In this document: one piece after another, positions 10,350-19,569 of the stretch
Numbering within the stretch: the first letter of the stretch is position 1
Layout: each line of letters starts with the position of its first letter
DNA from: a virus
IMG/VR virus record: IMGVR_UViG_3300022902_000004
Location: 190,268 to 254,267 of that record
Direction: 5' to 3' (one strand)
Length of the DNA: 64,000 nt
Program-made: the position numbers and the translations under genes
Notes under the pieces: model-generated
What the model was told of the DNA's origin: nothing
Seen by the model: the letters and a program-made list of their open reading frames with translations, nothing else
Databases searched by the model: none

Positions 10350-12194
10350 TTAGAATGCTGTTCCGATAATGTCGTAGTCAGGGTACTTTAGCTCAAAAAT
10401 AGAACCACGGTCGGGCTGGATTAGACCCATTGTCTGGCTTTGTTTGAAATCAAATGTCGATGTGTTATAGCTTCTGTCCTCAACCCAACCAACCCTAGGA
10501 AACACCTGCAAATCCACAATCGAAACCACGAAGTCAGTATTGATGATGACGTTTGTGATGTCATCAACGACGATTGGTTGATCTACGTTGAAAAACTTGC
10601 GATTGAGATTCGTCGCGATTCGAGAGTTTATGTTTTGCACTACTTGCGTTTTGTTAGCGTTTGGTGAGACAAACACACTGTACTTGACACCAAAATTCAC
10701 GACCTTGACATCAAGTACATCAATCGCATCACCGATTAGTCGCAATTCGTTTAGATATGTTTTGATATTTTTCTTCAACGAATCGGGTGAAACAGAGAGC
10801 GATCCTTCTTCATCGAGCGAAACTACATACAACAGAGCCGAAAGAGGATTGACAGGATTATCAGTTACAGACGCCCGGTAAACCCTGCCGAACTCGCTTG
10901 GCATTGTGTAAATTCTTGCCAGCAAATCCTCTCTCGATACGACGCGGCGCTGAGATTTCCGTGCCGACGGAATCAGTTGCTTCAGTTCGTTTAGCGATGG
11001 TGCCGGAGCACCTCCCGATGCACTTTCTGGATTGATAACCTGTATCGATTGACGAACCGTTAGACTGTTGGATGCTGACGGGCTTCGCCTGAACGATAGC
11101 GACAATTCGTCGATTTGTTGCACTTGTTCTGATGCGACATTGTGGCCAAGACCACCGCCGTGACGATATCTTACAGTCAGCGTTGTGTCTTTCGGAGAAA
11201 TACCCAAGGTTTGTGTTTGTAGTAATGACTGAGGGTCAATACTGAATTTCGCAACAGTTGCTTTTCCAAACAGGCTCAACGACAATGCAGACGGATCAGG
11301 CACAATGTCATCATCCAGCGTCGAGGCATTTCCTGAACCGAACCGTAATGTTGTCAATTGCGTAACAGGATCATACCTTCGAATGTACCGGTATGGGGCT
11401 GCGATGACCTGCATATGATTCGGCACAATTGCGTTGTCTGTGTCCGGATTCTTTACCTTCAAAAAGACCGTGTCTTCACTTAGCGATGTGACCTCATAAT
11501 ACACATTCAATTCTGCATCCGTAACGGACAACACTGCAGAAATGTGTTTTTCGTCGAGGGTGATTTCGCGGAAGGGGATGAATGTTGGAGAAACAACAAT
11601 ATTTTGGGTTTTCTCTTCCCCGCTTACCGCGTAAACACTGCGAGTCACGAAGAATGACGCTGGGCTTCCGTCAGCATTCGTCGTTGCAATGATAAAATCG
11701 GCCAGGAAATTGCCGTTGGCATCTTGTTCTGAAAAATCAACATCATCAATTGTCGTAAACGTCACGCCAGAAAACGATGATATACCGGTCGCTGCCAAAA
11801 TAACAGGCATTGCTGATCTGGTCGGTAAATAAACACCGCTAATCGATTCAGAAGGCACGGTCAATTGGAATTTCAGCTCTACGACCGACGGTGCTTTTCC
11901 GTGTATCTCTACACCGGCGTTGCGGAGGTGGGTGATGATATTCTCAGGTTCGACCGCGTTGGTTGGATCTAACTCACGAAATGAATGGTCAAGGTAAAAG
12001 CTAAGTGAGTCGCCCACCGTCGCAGCAAAATCAAGAAACATGCCGCCAACAGAAGCCTCAGAGAAATCCTGAATCTTGTCGGGAAAGTATATTCTCGCCG
12101 TTTCCAGCAATTGGTTTCTGATCGATTCAAAATCCCTTGCAAGGTACGACCGATTTTCTTCTTTTTTTAGTTTTTTCTTGATTTGAAATGCCAT
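10350..12194 (-). CDS. Baseplate J-like (gp6-like) wedge protein
   Basis: 614 aa, directly downstream of the gp25/W-like gene with a 1-nt gap. Call is by synteny, not a motif. Confidence 0.45.
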   Translation of the reverse strand: MAFQIKKKLKKEENRSYLARDFESIRNQLLETARIYFPDKIQDFSEASVGGMFLDFAATVGDSLSFYLDHSFRELDPTNAVEPENIITHLRNAGVEIHGKAPSVVELKFQLTVPSESISGVYLPTRSAMPVILAATGISSFSGVTFTTIDDVDFSEQDANGNFLADFIIATTNADGSPASFFVTRSVYAVSGEEKTQNIVVSPTFIPFREITLDEKHISAVLSVTDAELNVYYEVTSLSEDTVFLKVKNPDTDNAIVPNHMQVIAAPYRYIRRYDPVTQLTTLRFGSGNASTLDDDIVPDPSALSLSLFGKATVAKFSIDPQSLLQTQTLGISPKDTTLTVRYRHGGGLGHNVASEQVQQIDELSLSFRRSPSASNSLTVRQSIQVINPESASGGAPAPSLNELKQLIPSARKSQRRVVSREDLLARIYTMPSEFGRVYRASVTDNPVNPLSALLYVVSLDEEGSLSVSPDSLKKNIKTYLNELRLIGDAIDVLDVKVVNFGVKYSVFVSPNANKTQVVQNINSRIATNLNRKFFNVDQPIVVDDITNVIINTDFVVSIVDLQVFPRVGWVEDRSYNTSTFDFKQSQTMGLIQPDRGSIFELKYPDYDIIGTAF

Positions 12195-12195
12195 T

Positions 12196-12681
12196 TTATC
12201 CTGCCGCGAAGATTATTACTTCGATTGCTTGGTTCGTTAGTGCTAAACCAGGGACGTTGTACATCACCTTGATTTTGCTTCTGATTACATTTTCATCGTT
12301 CGATTTCTCAACGCTTGGTTCAAAAACATCTAGCTCCACAAACGGCATGTACTTTTTGACTGTCTTGATTATTCTGCGGGCAGCTTCTTCGTCTGTATTT
12401 TCGGCCGTGAATTCAAAAGCGAGTGGTAATAGATTTGCGCCGAAGTCGCTCAATGATAAACGTTCGCCATGGTTTGTTGCTAGCAGGTTTCGTAAATTGT
12501 CCTTGATTTGACTTGCAATATCATATGACATATCAAACATTGAATTGCCCGTTGAGGCGAATGATATAGGTGTGCGAATGCCAATTGGCATCTTTACTTC
12601 CAGATCTTCTACGCTTTTATCGTATGTGTCCTGGAGCTGGCCTACCGATTTGAAATCGTATGTTCGTCGAACCTGTGACAT
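12196..12681 (-). CDS. Baseplate wedge protein gp25/GPW family (lysozyme-like fold)
   Basis: 161 aa. Size and composition fit the GPW/gp25 family (…IGIRTPISFASTGNSMFDMSYDIASQIKDNLRNLLATNHGERL…). Position is upstream of the J-like gene. Confidence 0.55.
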   Translation of the reverse strand: MSQVRRTYDFKSVGQLQDTYDKSVEDLEVKMPIGIRTPISFASTGNSMFDMSYDIASQIKDNLRNLLATNHGERLSLSDFGANLLPLAFEFTAENTDEEAARRIIKTVKKYMPFVELDVFEPSVEKSNDENVIRSKIKVMYNVPGLALTNQAIEVIIFAAG

Positions 12682-12745
12682 TACCTACCTCGATACATAA
12701 ATATCAAAAAACATAAGTTGAAACGCATGCGGCAAAAAATAGCGA

Positions 12746-13306
12746 CTATAGTAAAGCCCCAGTTCCTGTGCCTTTTCCAGGACCACTAATAGATGGAAAG
12801 GGAATGGGGGGTGGTGTCGTGGTCAGATACCCGACGACAGGAACTCCGCCGGCGAGTATAATGTTCGTTTGGACGTCAGCTTTTACCGCAAAGTTGTGAA
12901 TGGCCGTTTTCATGTCCGACGCAATCATCCTAATAATCGTATCAGAGCTTGCATGTTTGTCTAGGCCGGCGTCACGGGCCACCTTGAACAGCTTCAATAA
13001 GTCATTTTTCAGAATGGTGAGAGCTGTTGGTTTGAATGAAATACTTCCAGTTCCCGTTGCTGATCCTGGCGCCGAATATATCCCAGCCCCAAACGGGCCT
13101 GCAGCAGATTGTCCCGGTGTGATGATGTCGGTTGTCGTGACATGTGCAGCCACCATATACTTGTGGATCGCATCACCCATTTCAGTCGATAGATTTTTGA
13201 TTATTTCGTCGCTATTCGCGCCTTCTTTTATGCCGGCCATATACACATTCGTGAAAGCGGTGTTTAGGTCGCGAATTAGTAACGGTGCTGCTGATGATAA
13301 CGGCAT
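12746..13306 (-). CDS. Small repeat-containing protein, paralog A (baseplate-associated?)
   Basis: Begins MPLSSAAPLL and contains two internal copies of a GDAIHKYM..A.V.TTD / MKTAIHNFAVKADVQT module, ending in a GTG-rich C-terminal tail. Confidence 0.4.
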   Translation of the reverse strand: MPLSSAAPLLIRDLNTAFTNVYMAGIKEGANSDEIIKNLSTEMGDAIHKYMVAAHVTTTDIITPGQSAAGPFGAGIYSAPGSATGTGSISFKPTALTILKNDLLKLFKVARDAGLDKHASSDTIIRMIASDMKTAIHNFAVKADVQTNIILAGGVPVVGYLTTTPPPIPFPSISGPGKGTGTGALL

Positions 13307-13314
13307 TTGCCCTC

Positions 13315-13575
13315 CTAGGAAAGTGTTCCGGTTCCTGTTCCATTGCCAGTTACCGTGGTGGTACCAGCAGCCGGCAAGTCCGTTTGTCCGGCGTCGGTTG
13401 TATCGGTTGTAGAAACAATTGCTTGCGACATGTATTTGTGAATTGCGTCACCAAGATCCGTCGCAAGTTTTTCTATCGTCTCTGTGTATAGTTCACCTGA
13501 AATCCTGTTCCTAGTTGAAATATATGTTTCCCTTATATCTACGTCAAGTACCGGGGCTGCTGATGAAAGAGGCAT
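13315..13575 (-). CDS. Small repeat-containing protein, paralog B
   Basis: Begins MPLSSAAPVL and carries the same GDAIHKYM module plus a TGNGTGTGT tail. Tandem paralog of 12746..13306. Confidence 0.4.
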   Translation of the reverse strand: MPLSSAAPVLDVDIRETYISTRNRISGELYTETIEKLATDLGDAIHKYMSQAIVSTTDTTDAGQTDLPAAGTTTVTGNGTGTGTLS

Positions 13576-13576
13576 A

Positions 13577-15181
13577 CTATTCTCCGAACATTCTTTTAGA
13601 TTTCAGTGTTGCAATGTCTTGTTTTAGCTTGCTCGATATTTTCGTTTTTAGTTCGGCTGCTGCCTGGTTTAGTTGCGGCGACGGTGCGCCGTACCCGGGT
13701 GTCACATGCGTCAAAACTGTATCGCAAAATGTCACCAATGAATCCATTGTTTCGAACCAAAGATCCTCAAATTGCTTATACTTTATGAAAGGCTGGGCAC
13801 CTCCAGGTCCTGGGCCGGTGGCGTCTCCTCCATCATCTTTACTTCTACCGAAATAGATTGCCTTACCAGATATATGAACAGTTCCGTCAGACTCTATTAT
13901 AATGCCTGCCAAATCATCATCCGGATTCCCCTCTTTTACGATTCGAATTGAACCTGCCACCGAATCAAACTTCTCAGGTAGGTTTCCTGATGAATCCTTT
14001 GTTGGCAATTTTCTTGCCACAATCCTAATATGATCTGATTTTATTGCGATTGCCGGGCCTTCTCTCTGTTCATACTTGTTTTCGAACGGTTTTGGGGCAA
14101 GCTTTCCTAATTTCTTGTCTATCTTCGAATTTGTTGAAACGTATATCCTGGATGCGTCAACAAGAAAATCCGGATCGCCCTCGGCTGGGTTTGTTTTGGC
14201 GTTGCCGGGGGTTGCGGGACCCTCGCCATCGACTTTCCTTTGTGCATCTACATCTTGGACCTGCGCTGGGTCCTTGTCGGTTTCAAATGCACCAAATGAA
14301 TTTTTCGCAATAAATGGCTGTGTACTGTTCTTGACACCTTTCGAAGCTGTACCCTTTCGATTTCGTTTTGTTTCCGACTCGTTATCTTTGAAATACCGGC
14401 CACGACCAACAACAATATCAATTGCTCCTGTTTCTGGCGACTTGACAGTTTCTGACGCTGCGTTTGAAGCATCAGGTGAAACAGGTCGGTCGGTTGCATC
14501 CCAGCCTCTTTCCGTCCCTAGGATGATTGCCGTGTTGTTTGAGCCTTGCAGAACAGTATCCGCTGGGCGCTTTGTCAACCTAGGTACTGCCTCTAGAACA
14601 ATGTTCTTCCCCTCAGCAGAGTTTATAAGTAGTTGCTGGAGGGCTGTGTCATCCCCAGCGATGATTTTTTTGTCATCGTCTCCATTGGGGAACTGTAATG
14701 TCCGATCCAATTTTTCTGAGCCTGTTTGTGTCAAACGATGCGGTCGAGTGAATGCTGTAAAATTTGCATCCTCAAGTGGTAATGAATCTGATATTCGAGT
14801 TACCCAATACGTTCTATCATCGGGCGCGCCGTTCAATATTTTTTGTCGAAAAAGCCAGACCTGTTCGCCTGGCTTCGCCGGCAACGCGATGTGCGATGAA
14901 AAAAACGGGTAAACGACAAGATCGACAGTGTCAGATAAGCCTTCACTTGTTGATATTATACGACAAATCAGCGAATTTCTTGGGGCCAACGAGAACAGTA
15001 TCCTCTGGGGCTCAGAAAGGGTTTCGGGTACTTCTTGGCGAAGGGACACATCGCAAATTGTGTCTATTACAAGGCCTCGCTCGAATATGTTTGTTGTCCT
15101 GATCGAACTTAGATCAGAATCAACGTCGTCAGTCGAACGGACCGCAGCTCCACCATGAATTACCGCCTTTGATGATGTCAT
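13577..15181 (-). CDS. Baseplate hub/central spike-like protein
   Basis: 534 aa gene immediately upstream of the small paralogs and the gp25-like gene, as gpV/gp45-type spikes are. Synteny only. Confidence 0.35.
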   Translation of the reverse strand: MTSSKAVIHGGAAVRSTDDVDSDLSSIRTTNIFERGLVIDTICDVSLRQEVPETLSEPQRILFSLAPRNSLICRIISTSEGLSDTVDLVVYPFFSSHIALPAKPGEQVWLFRQKILNGAPDDRTYWVTRISDSLPLEDANFTAFTRPHRLTQTGSEKLDRTLQFPNGDDDKKIIAGDDTALQQLLINSAEGKNIVLEAVPRLTKRPADTVLQGSNNTAIILGTERGWDATDRPVSPDASNAASETVKSPETGAIDIVVGRGRYFKDNESETKRNRKGTASKGVKNSTQPFIAKNSFGAFETDKDPAQVQDVDAQRKVDGEGPATPGNAKTNPAEGDPDFLVDASRIYVSTNSKIDKKLGKLAPKPFENKYEQREGPAIAIKSDHIRIVARKLPTKDSSGNLPEKFDSVAGSIRIVKEGNPDDDLAGIIIESDGTVHISGKAIYFGRSKDDGGDATGPGPGGAQPFIKYKQFEDLWFETMDSLVTFCDTVLTHVTPGYGAPSPQLNQAAAELKTKISSKLKQDIATLKSKRMFGE

Positions 15182-15561
15182 TGCTTTCCTTCAATCGCCG
15201 CAAATAATTCGTCTGCATCTAGTGTTGCCTGCGCTTCAATTTCTTTCGCGACGACTTGTGCAAGTGCCAGGAGTTGGTCATTCGATTTGCTCATTCGCTC
15301 GAGGTACTTTACCAATGTTCCGCCGAGGGCCATATGCTCAGCGGCACCTTGACCGAGCGCGGCGAAGCACTGCGCCAATAATGCGCATGCGGTGGCTCGG
15401 TCGTTGGCTGCGTTGTTGTAGATTTCCGTCCAAAGATATAATTTTTGCTCTTCGACACCTTCAATCTCTTTCAATATTTTCCCGAACGAGCGAATCTTCA
15501 CCTGCGCGGACTTGTCATCCGCCATCAGCTTGTCAACCTTTTTTATATTCGTTGGCTTCAT
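15178..15561 (-). CDS. Hypothetical protein
   Basis: 127-aa ORF. The real start is probably the internal ATG near 15525, just after the stop of the upstream sigma gene. Confidence 0.4.
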   Translation of the reverse strand: MKPTNIKKVDKLMADDKSAQVKIRSFGKILKEIEGVEEQKLYLWTEIYNNAANDRATACALLAQCFAALGQGAAEHMALGGTLVKYLERMSKSNDQLLALAQVVAKEIEAQATLDADELFAAIEGKQ

Positions 15562-16279
15562 CTCTTCGTTCCTCTGCTACCACCTGGGCATAAATCTTTC
15601 TGATTTTGCTCATCGACTTTGTCACTTGCTTCTTTTCAAACCCAGATATCTCTACTAAATAGACATAAATCGATTGCTTGTTTATAAAATCTAGCTCGTC
15701 AACCTGGTCAAACAAGCCTTCAACTGCCGTCATGACTGTTATGTCACGCGGATCGCGAAGACTCTTCTTGATTTTCTTCACCCTGGCAACTTGTTCGACT
15801 TTCCTTTCCCGGAGAAGCATGAGCTCCTCTGTTGAAGGAAGTTCAACAAAATTGGAAATCTGCTTTTGTGTGTCCCTGGAGAGGTGCAACGTATCATTTA
15901 GATACACGTGTTTATAATACTTCTTTCTGTGACTATTCGTCGTGTTGATTAGGAAGTTTTTTGCAACCACATTGAAATACGAGAATGCTTTCGAACCTCG
16001 ATCGGGATTCCACTTATGTAACGAGTTATACAGTGAGTAGCTGCATTCTTCAATCAGTTCAGCAGCAGACATCAGCGGTGACTTGAACCCATATACATAG
16101 ACCAAGCTCTCCGACAACTTCATTATCGCCGGCTTGATTTTGTCGCCGTAAATAATTTCCCTCTGTCGTGTGTCACTCTCGCCTAAAAATGCAAGAATTG
16201 CAACTTCGGTATTTTTGTCAAAGTATAAAACACTTTTGCGGCCGGGCTTTCTTTTGATACGTTTTTTTCTTTTTATCAT
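15533..16279 (-). CDS. T4 gp55-like late-transcription sigma factor
   Basis: 248 aa. The segment DKIKPAIMKLSESL...SKAFSYFNVVAKNFLINTTNSHRKKYYKHVY parallels the T4 gp55 core (…AIMLIAEGL…[21 protein letters not shown]…, recalled from memory). It sits at the head of the structural operon. Confidence 0.45.
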   Translation of the reverse strand: MIKRKKRIKRKPGRKSVLYFDKNTEVAILAFLGESDTRQREIIYGDKIKPAIMKLSESLVYVYGFKSPLMSAAELIEECSYSLYNSLHKWNPDRGSKAFSYFNVVAKNFLINTTNSHRKKYYKHVYLNDTLHLSRDTQKQISNFVELPSTEELMLLRERKVEQVARVKKIKKSLRDPRDITVMTAVEGLFDQVDELDFINKQSIYVYLVEISGFEKKQVTKSMSKIRKIYAQVVAEERRDEANEYKKG

Positions 16280-16572
16280 GCCTCATTATCCTCTATGTCG
16301 TCTGGAACATCCCTTGTCAGTGTCAATGCCACTGAATGTAATGCAGTTCGAACTGAACCAATGCCTTTCACGACTGAGCGAACCTCCGGGCTGTCAAAAA
16401 ATAATGGACGTTCCAAAATCTCTGTCATTATCTCATACTTCGTATCGATAACATCCAAGCATTCTTCTATTGCATCTTCCATTTTCAGAATTGTCGTGCC
16501 AAGTTGTACATTTTTGTACACTGACATTGTCAATAAAAATGCCAAAATGACGATTATCGAAATGCTAAACAT
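16276..16572 (-). CDS. Small membrane protein
   Basis: 98 aa with a hydrophobic N-terminal helix (MFSISIIVILAFLLTMSVY). Confidence 0.4.
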   Translation of the reverse strand: MFSISIIVILAFLLTMSVYKNVQLGTTILKMEDAIEECLDVIDTKYEIMTEILERPLFFDSPEVRSVVKGIGSVRTALHSVALTLTRDVPDDIEDNEA

Positions 16573-17745
16573 TTATGCCTCCGTGACCGGTAATATACAT
16601 CGCATATACGCTTCAATTATCGCATCGATGCTATGGGTCTTTTTGAGTGTAGATGACAGTTCCTTTGCCGAAACCGTCAGGCTCTCCTTGTTTTTCAGTA
16701 CCTTGACAAGCTTTTTCTTGAAGTTGCCACCGCGGACGTCTGCCCATTTTGCACCGGGAACAAAAATTCGATTGTCAATTCTAGATTGTGGAATGCGTAC
16801 CATATCATAATGCACGCGTTGAAAACTGTCGCCTGACAGGAATTCCGTGTATGCCGACCAATCCGTCGCTACGATTGGTAAACCTGCAACTGCGGCCTCA
16901 ACCATTGGAAGACCAAAGCCTTCTCCACGGGTAGCTGAAATCAGCGCTGTCAGCTTTTCGCTCTTATACAGGTTCGTCATTTCTTCTCTGGTCATGGAAC
17001 CATGAAGCATATACAACTTTGGAAATGATTTCTTGTTTATTGACTTCTTGATTTGACCTAGGAGCTTTCTTACCAACTCTCGATCGATTGTAGTGTCACG
17101 GCCCTTCGTTGTTTTCACAATCAAACCGACATCATCTTTCTCACTGAACGCCTCTAGGAACCACGTAATCGATGCAACAAGATTTTTCCTGTCTGCCGCG
17201 GGGTCATCTGAAATCAGAGTTCCAACGATCAGAAAGTTGTTTGATGTCGGTAATGATTCGAGTGGATCCGACGTTGGAGGAAGAAGAAGCTCAGGAAAGA
17301 ATGCTTCCGGAACAACCTTGATTGGCGTCTTTTCGTTTCCTGTCGAAACCATTATCATCCCGGCTTTTGCATGAGCGCTTGGGACAATCACCAAGTCCAT
17401 CTTTTCTCGACAAACAGTTCCCCATTCGACTGAACATCTGTCTGTTTCTACGCCGGCGGTGATTCCAACATTGAAATGGCCCAGATCGGGATTCCATTCA
17501 TGTGGCAATTGGATCTGGATGGTGATGTCAAATTTCCCTTCCATAGGTTTTGACTTCTCCATGATCCTGCCGTAAATTCCATTTTCAAAATCAGAATTGA
17601 CACACCATGCAGTAATACCCCATGGCAGCACCTCAGTTGTCAGGTTCCAATCGCTTTGGGTTTCACAAAACTGGAAAACCTGGCGGGAATGAACTCCGTA
17701 TCCACTCTGGCTCAACAATGGCGCACGAATCAAAACGTTTTTCAT
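16573..17745 (-). CDS. Glycosyltransferase, GT-B fold (GT4-like)
   Basis: C-terminal EGFGLPMVEAAVAGLPIVATDWS motif (E-x7-E) typical of GT1/GT4 retaining transferases. Confidence 0.7.
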   Translation of the reverse strand: MKNVLIRAPLLSQSGYGVHSRQVFQFCETQSDWNLTTEVLPWGITAWCVNSDFENGIYGRIMEKSKPMEGKFDITIQIQLPHEWNPDLGHFNVGITAGVETDRCSVEWGTVCREKMDLVIVPSAHAKAGMIMVSTGNEKTPIKVVPEAFFPELLLPPTSDPLESLPTSNNFLIVGTLISDDPAADRKNLVASITWFLEAFSEKDDVGLIVKTTKGRDTTIDRELVRKLLGQIKKSINKKSFPKLYMLHGSMTREEMTNLYKSEKLTALISATRGEGFGLPMVEAAVAGLPIVATDWSAYTEFLSGDSFQRVHYDMVRIPQSRIDNRIFVPGAKWADVRGGNFKKKLVKVLKNKESLTVSAKELSSTLKKTHSIDAIIEAYMRCILPVTEA

Positions 17746-18995
17746 TATGCAATCTCCTCAATCGTAAACTTGTTATCAAATTTCCAATCATCGCATAGCT
17801 TTTGTAATGATTCATGCCAAAGGTCGATGGTTGTCTCCAGTTTGAACTCAGACGTCACGTATGCTTTTGCCTTAGTACCCAACACCTTTCGGGCTTCGGG
17901 ACCCATGCTGTACATCTGATGAAGCCCATTGGCCACAGATTCAGTTCCCACATAGTCCTCGTATATATAAGGCACCATCTGAGAGCCTACCAGCGATTGT
18001 GTTTCGACTTCAAGGGCGATGCCGTTTTCTGAGCCATCGCGGTGGTCGATGACCTGTCTTGTCAGACCGCCTGTCTTCACGGCAATAATTGGATTTCCAA
18101 CCTGCATTGATTCGAGGGTTGTCAAACCGAAACCTTCGGCGTACGAAATGTTCAGGCAGCAATCTGTAATGTTGTGCAGAACATTCATTTGTTCAAAGTT
18201 TGTGCGCTGGGTTGAGAACACGACACTGTCAATGATTCCAAACTTCTCGGCGATGACCAGCAGGTTCGGTCCTTCCTGATCCAGCGGGTCAGTATGCATT
18301 AGCAATGTCGCGTCTGATTTCCCTTCTTTCTCAAGCTTCTTCATGAACTTCGACCATGCCTCTAAAACGTCGGCCGGTCTTTTCCGCCTTGCGTTTCTGT
18401 TGGCCCAAAAAACAATGAAGTGATTTTCACGTTCGGCGCCGAGTGTATGTCGTCGGTGTTCCAAGATTTCGTTTTCAGGTAGAGGAAAGAAAATCTCATC
18501 GGGAAGAGCATGAGGAACAAAGTTCGCCTTCCCCGGAATAATCTCGTTTACCATTTCATATGTTAGGTGGCTGTGGCAATTGACCAAATCTGTCGCTTCA
18601 TAAAGAACCCGATTGAATTCTGGAGTTGGGCGGTTATCCCACACATGCCAGTATGCAATCGGGCAAATCTTGTTGATTTCGTCGTGCATCTCCCAGATAT
18701 AAATGAAGAATCGTGGGTCCGTAAAGAGCAGGAGAACGTCTGGTTTTTCGGCAGCCAAGGTTTGAAGAATCAGTTCTCTATTTCCAAAACCGTCGATGGG
18801 CTTGATTATGAAGTCAGGATTCACGACGACAGTTTCATAATTGTCGTGTTTCTGGGCGGCGCCAAACTGCCGAATCGACCAGCACCCTTTTTCCAAAAGG
18901 CCGTTGATCAAAAACCTACTTTGACAACCAACGCCCGAGGAGCTCAAGGCATGATCTGACAACATCAATATTTTCTTTTTTTGTACTTGCATCAA
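17745..18995 (-). CDS. Glycosyltransferase, GT-B fold (GT4-like)
   Basis: EGFGLTTLESMQVGNPIIAVKTGG motif. The track start is a TTG, and the in-frame ATG at 18992 is the more likely start. Confidence 0.7.
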   Translation of the reverse strand: MMQVQKKKILMLSDHALSSSGVGCQSRFLINGLLEKGCWSIRQFGAAQKHDNYETVVVNPDFIIKPIDGFGNRELILQTLAAEKPDVLLLFTDPRFFIYIWEMHDEINKICPIAYWHVWDNRPTPEFNRVLYEATDLVNCHSHLTYEMVNEIIPGKANFVPHALPDEIFFPLPENEILEHRRHTLGAERENHFIVFWANRNARRKRPADVLEAWSKFMKKLEKEGKSDATLLMHTDPLDQEGPNLLVIAEKFGIIDSVVFSTQRTNFEQMNVLHNITDCCLNISYAEGFGLTTLESMQVGNPIIAVKTGGLTRQVIDHRDGSENGIALEVETQSLVGSQMVPYIYEDYVGTESVANGLHQMYSMGPEARKVLGTKAKAYVTSEFKLETTIDLWHESLQKLCDDWKFDNKFTIEEIA

Positions 18996-19080
18996 TACAA
19001 TACTATCTTGCTATTCGATGATAGTAAAATACCGTGTTACATCGCGGCGAGCGTGAATAATATCATAGTAAAGGAGAAAA

Positions 19081-19569
19081 ATGAGAAACTACTTACAGGT
19101 TGACTCAGACATGATATACCACCAAGTCCTGGTCGAGGAACCTACAACAATTTTTCACTGGTCAAGACGTCCCGGTGATTTTCTCGATGAAAAAACAGGG
19201 ATACTTTCGCCAATGATAATGGAGTGGAGCGGGAATGTCCGTGAATGGTACGAAGGTCTAACCGATACTATTTCTCGTGCATTCTGTGATATGACATCGA
19301 ATCTTCATGGTGATGGGATGGCCCGCGGGATCGTCGTATCACCCCTGGCAGCCACAATAATTGAATTTTCTCTAAGTTTCAGGACGGACATCTCGAGTCC
19401 CAAAATCATTAGTCGTGGCAAATTCGCCATGATTGGGTTCCTTCGCGGGGTGCCGGTTTATGTCATAAACACCAGTGATCATGATATATGCACTTTGTTT
19501 GTCATGGGTTGCGATTTGTGTAAAACCATGAAAGTCGGTCGCGTTTCGATTGCCCATATGAATGCCTAG
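19081..19569 (+). CDS. Hypothetical protein (isolated plus-strand gene)
   Basis: A strong SD (AAAGGAG) lies 7 nt upstream of the ATG. The 162-aa ORF fills the gap between minus-strand genes. Confidence 0.55.
   Translation: MRNYLQVDSDMIYHQVLVEEPTTIFHWSRRPGDFLDEKTGILSPMIMEWSGNVREWYEGLTDTISRAFCDMTSNLHGDGMARGIVVSPLAATIIEFSLSFRTDISSPKIISRGKFAMIGFLRGVPVYVINTSDHDICTLFVMGCDLCKTMKVGRVSIAHMNA

Noticed and set aside
14076-14912. 278-aa plus-strand ORF (and similar long antisense ORFs at 4611..5141, 36416..36952, 50680..51597, 6740..7117)
   Set aside because: They lie entirely antisense to minus-strand genes with strong family signatures or operon context. They have odd Cys/Arg/Ser-rich compositions, no SD, and are typical shadow ORFs.
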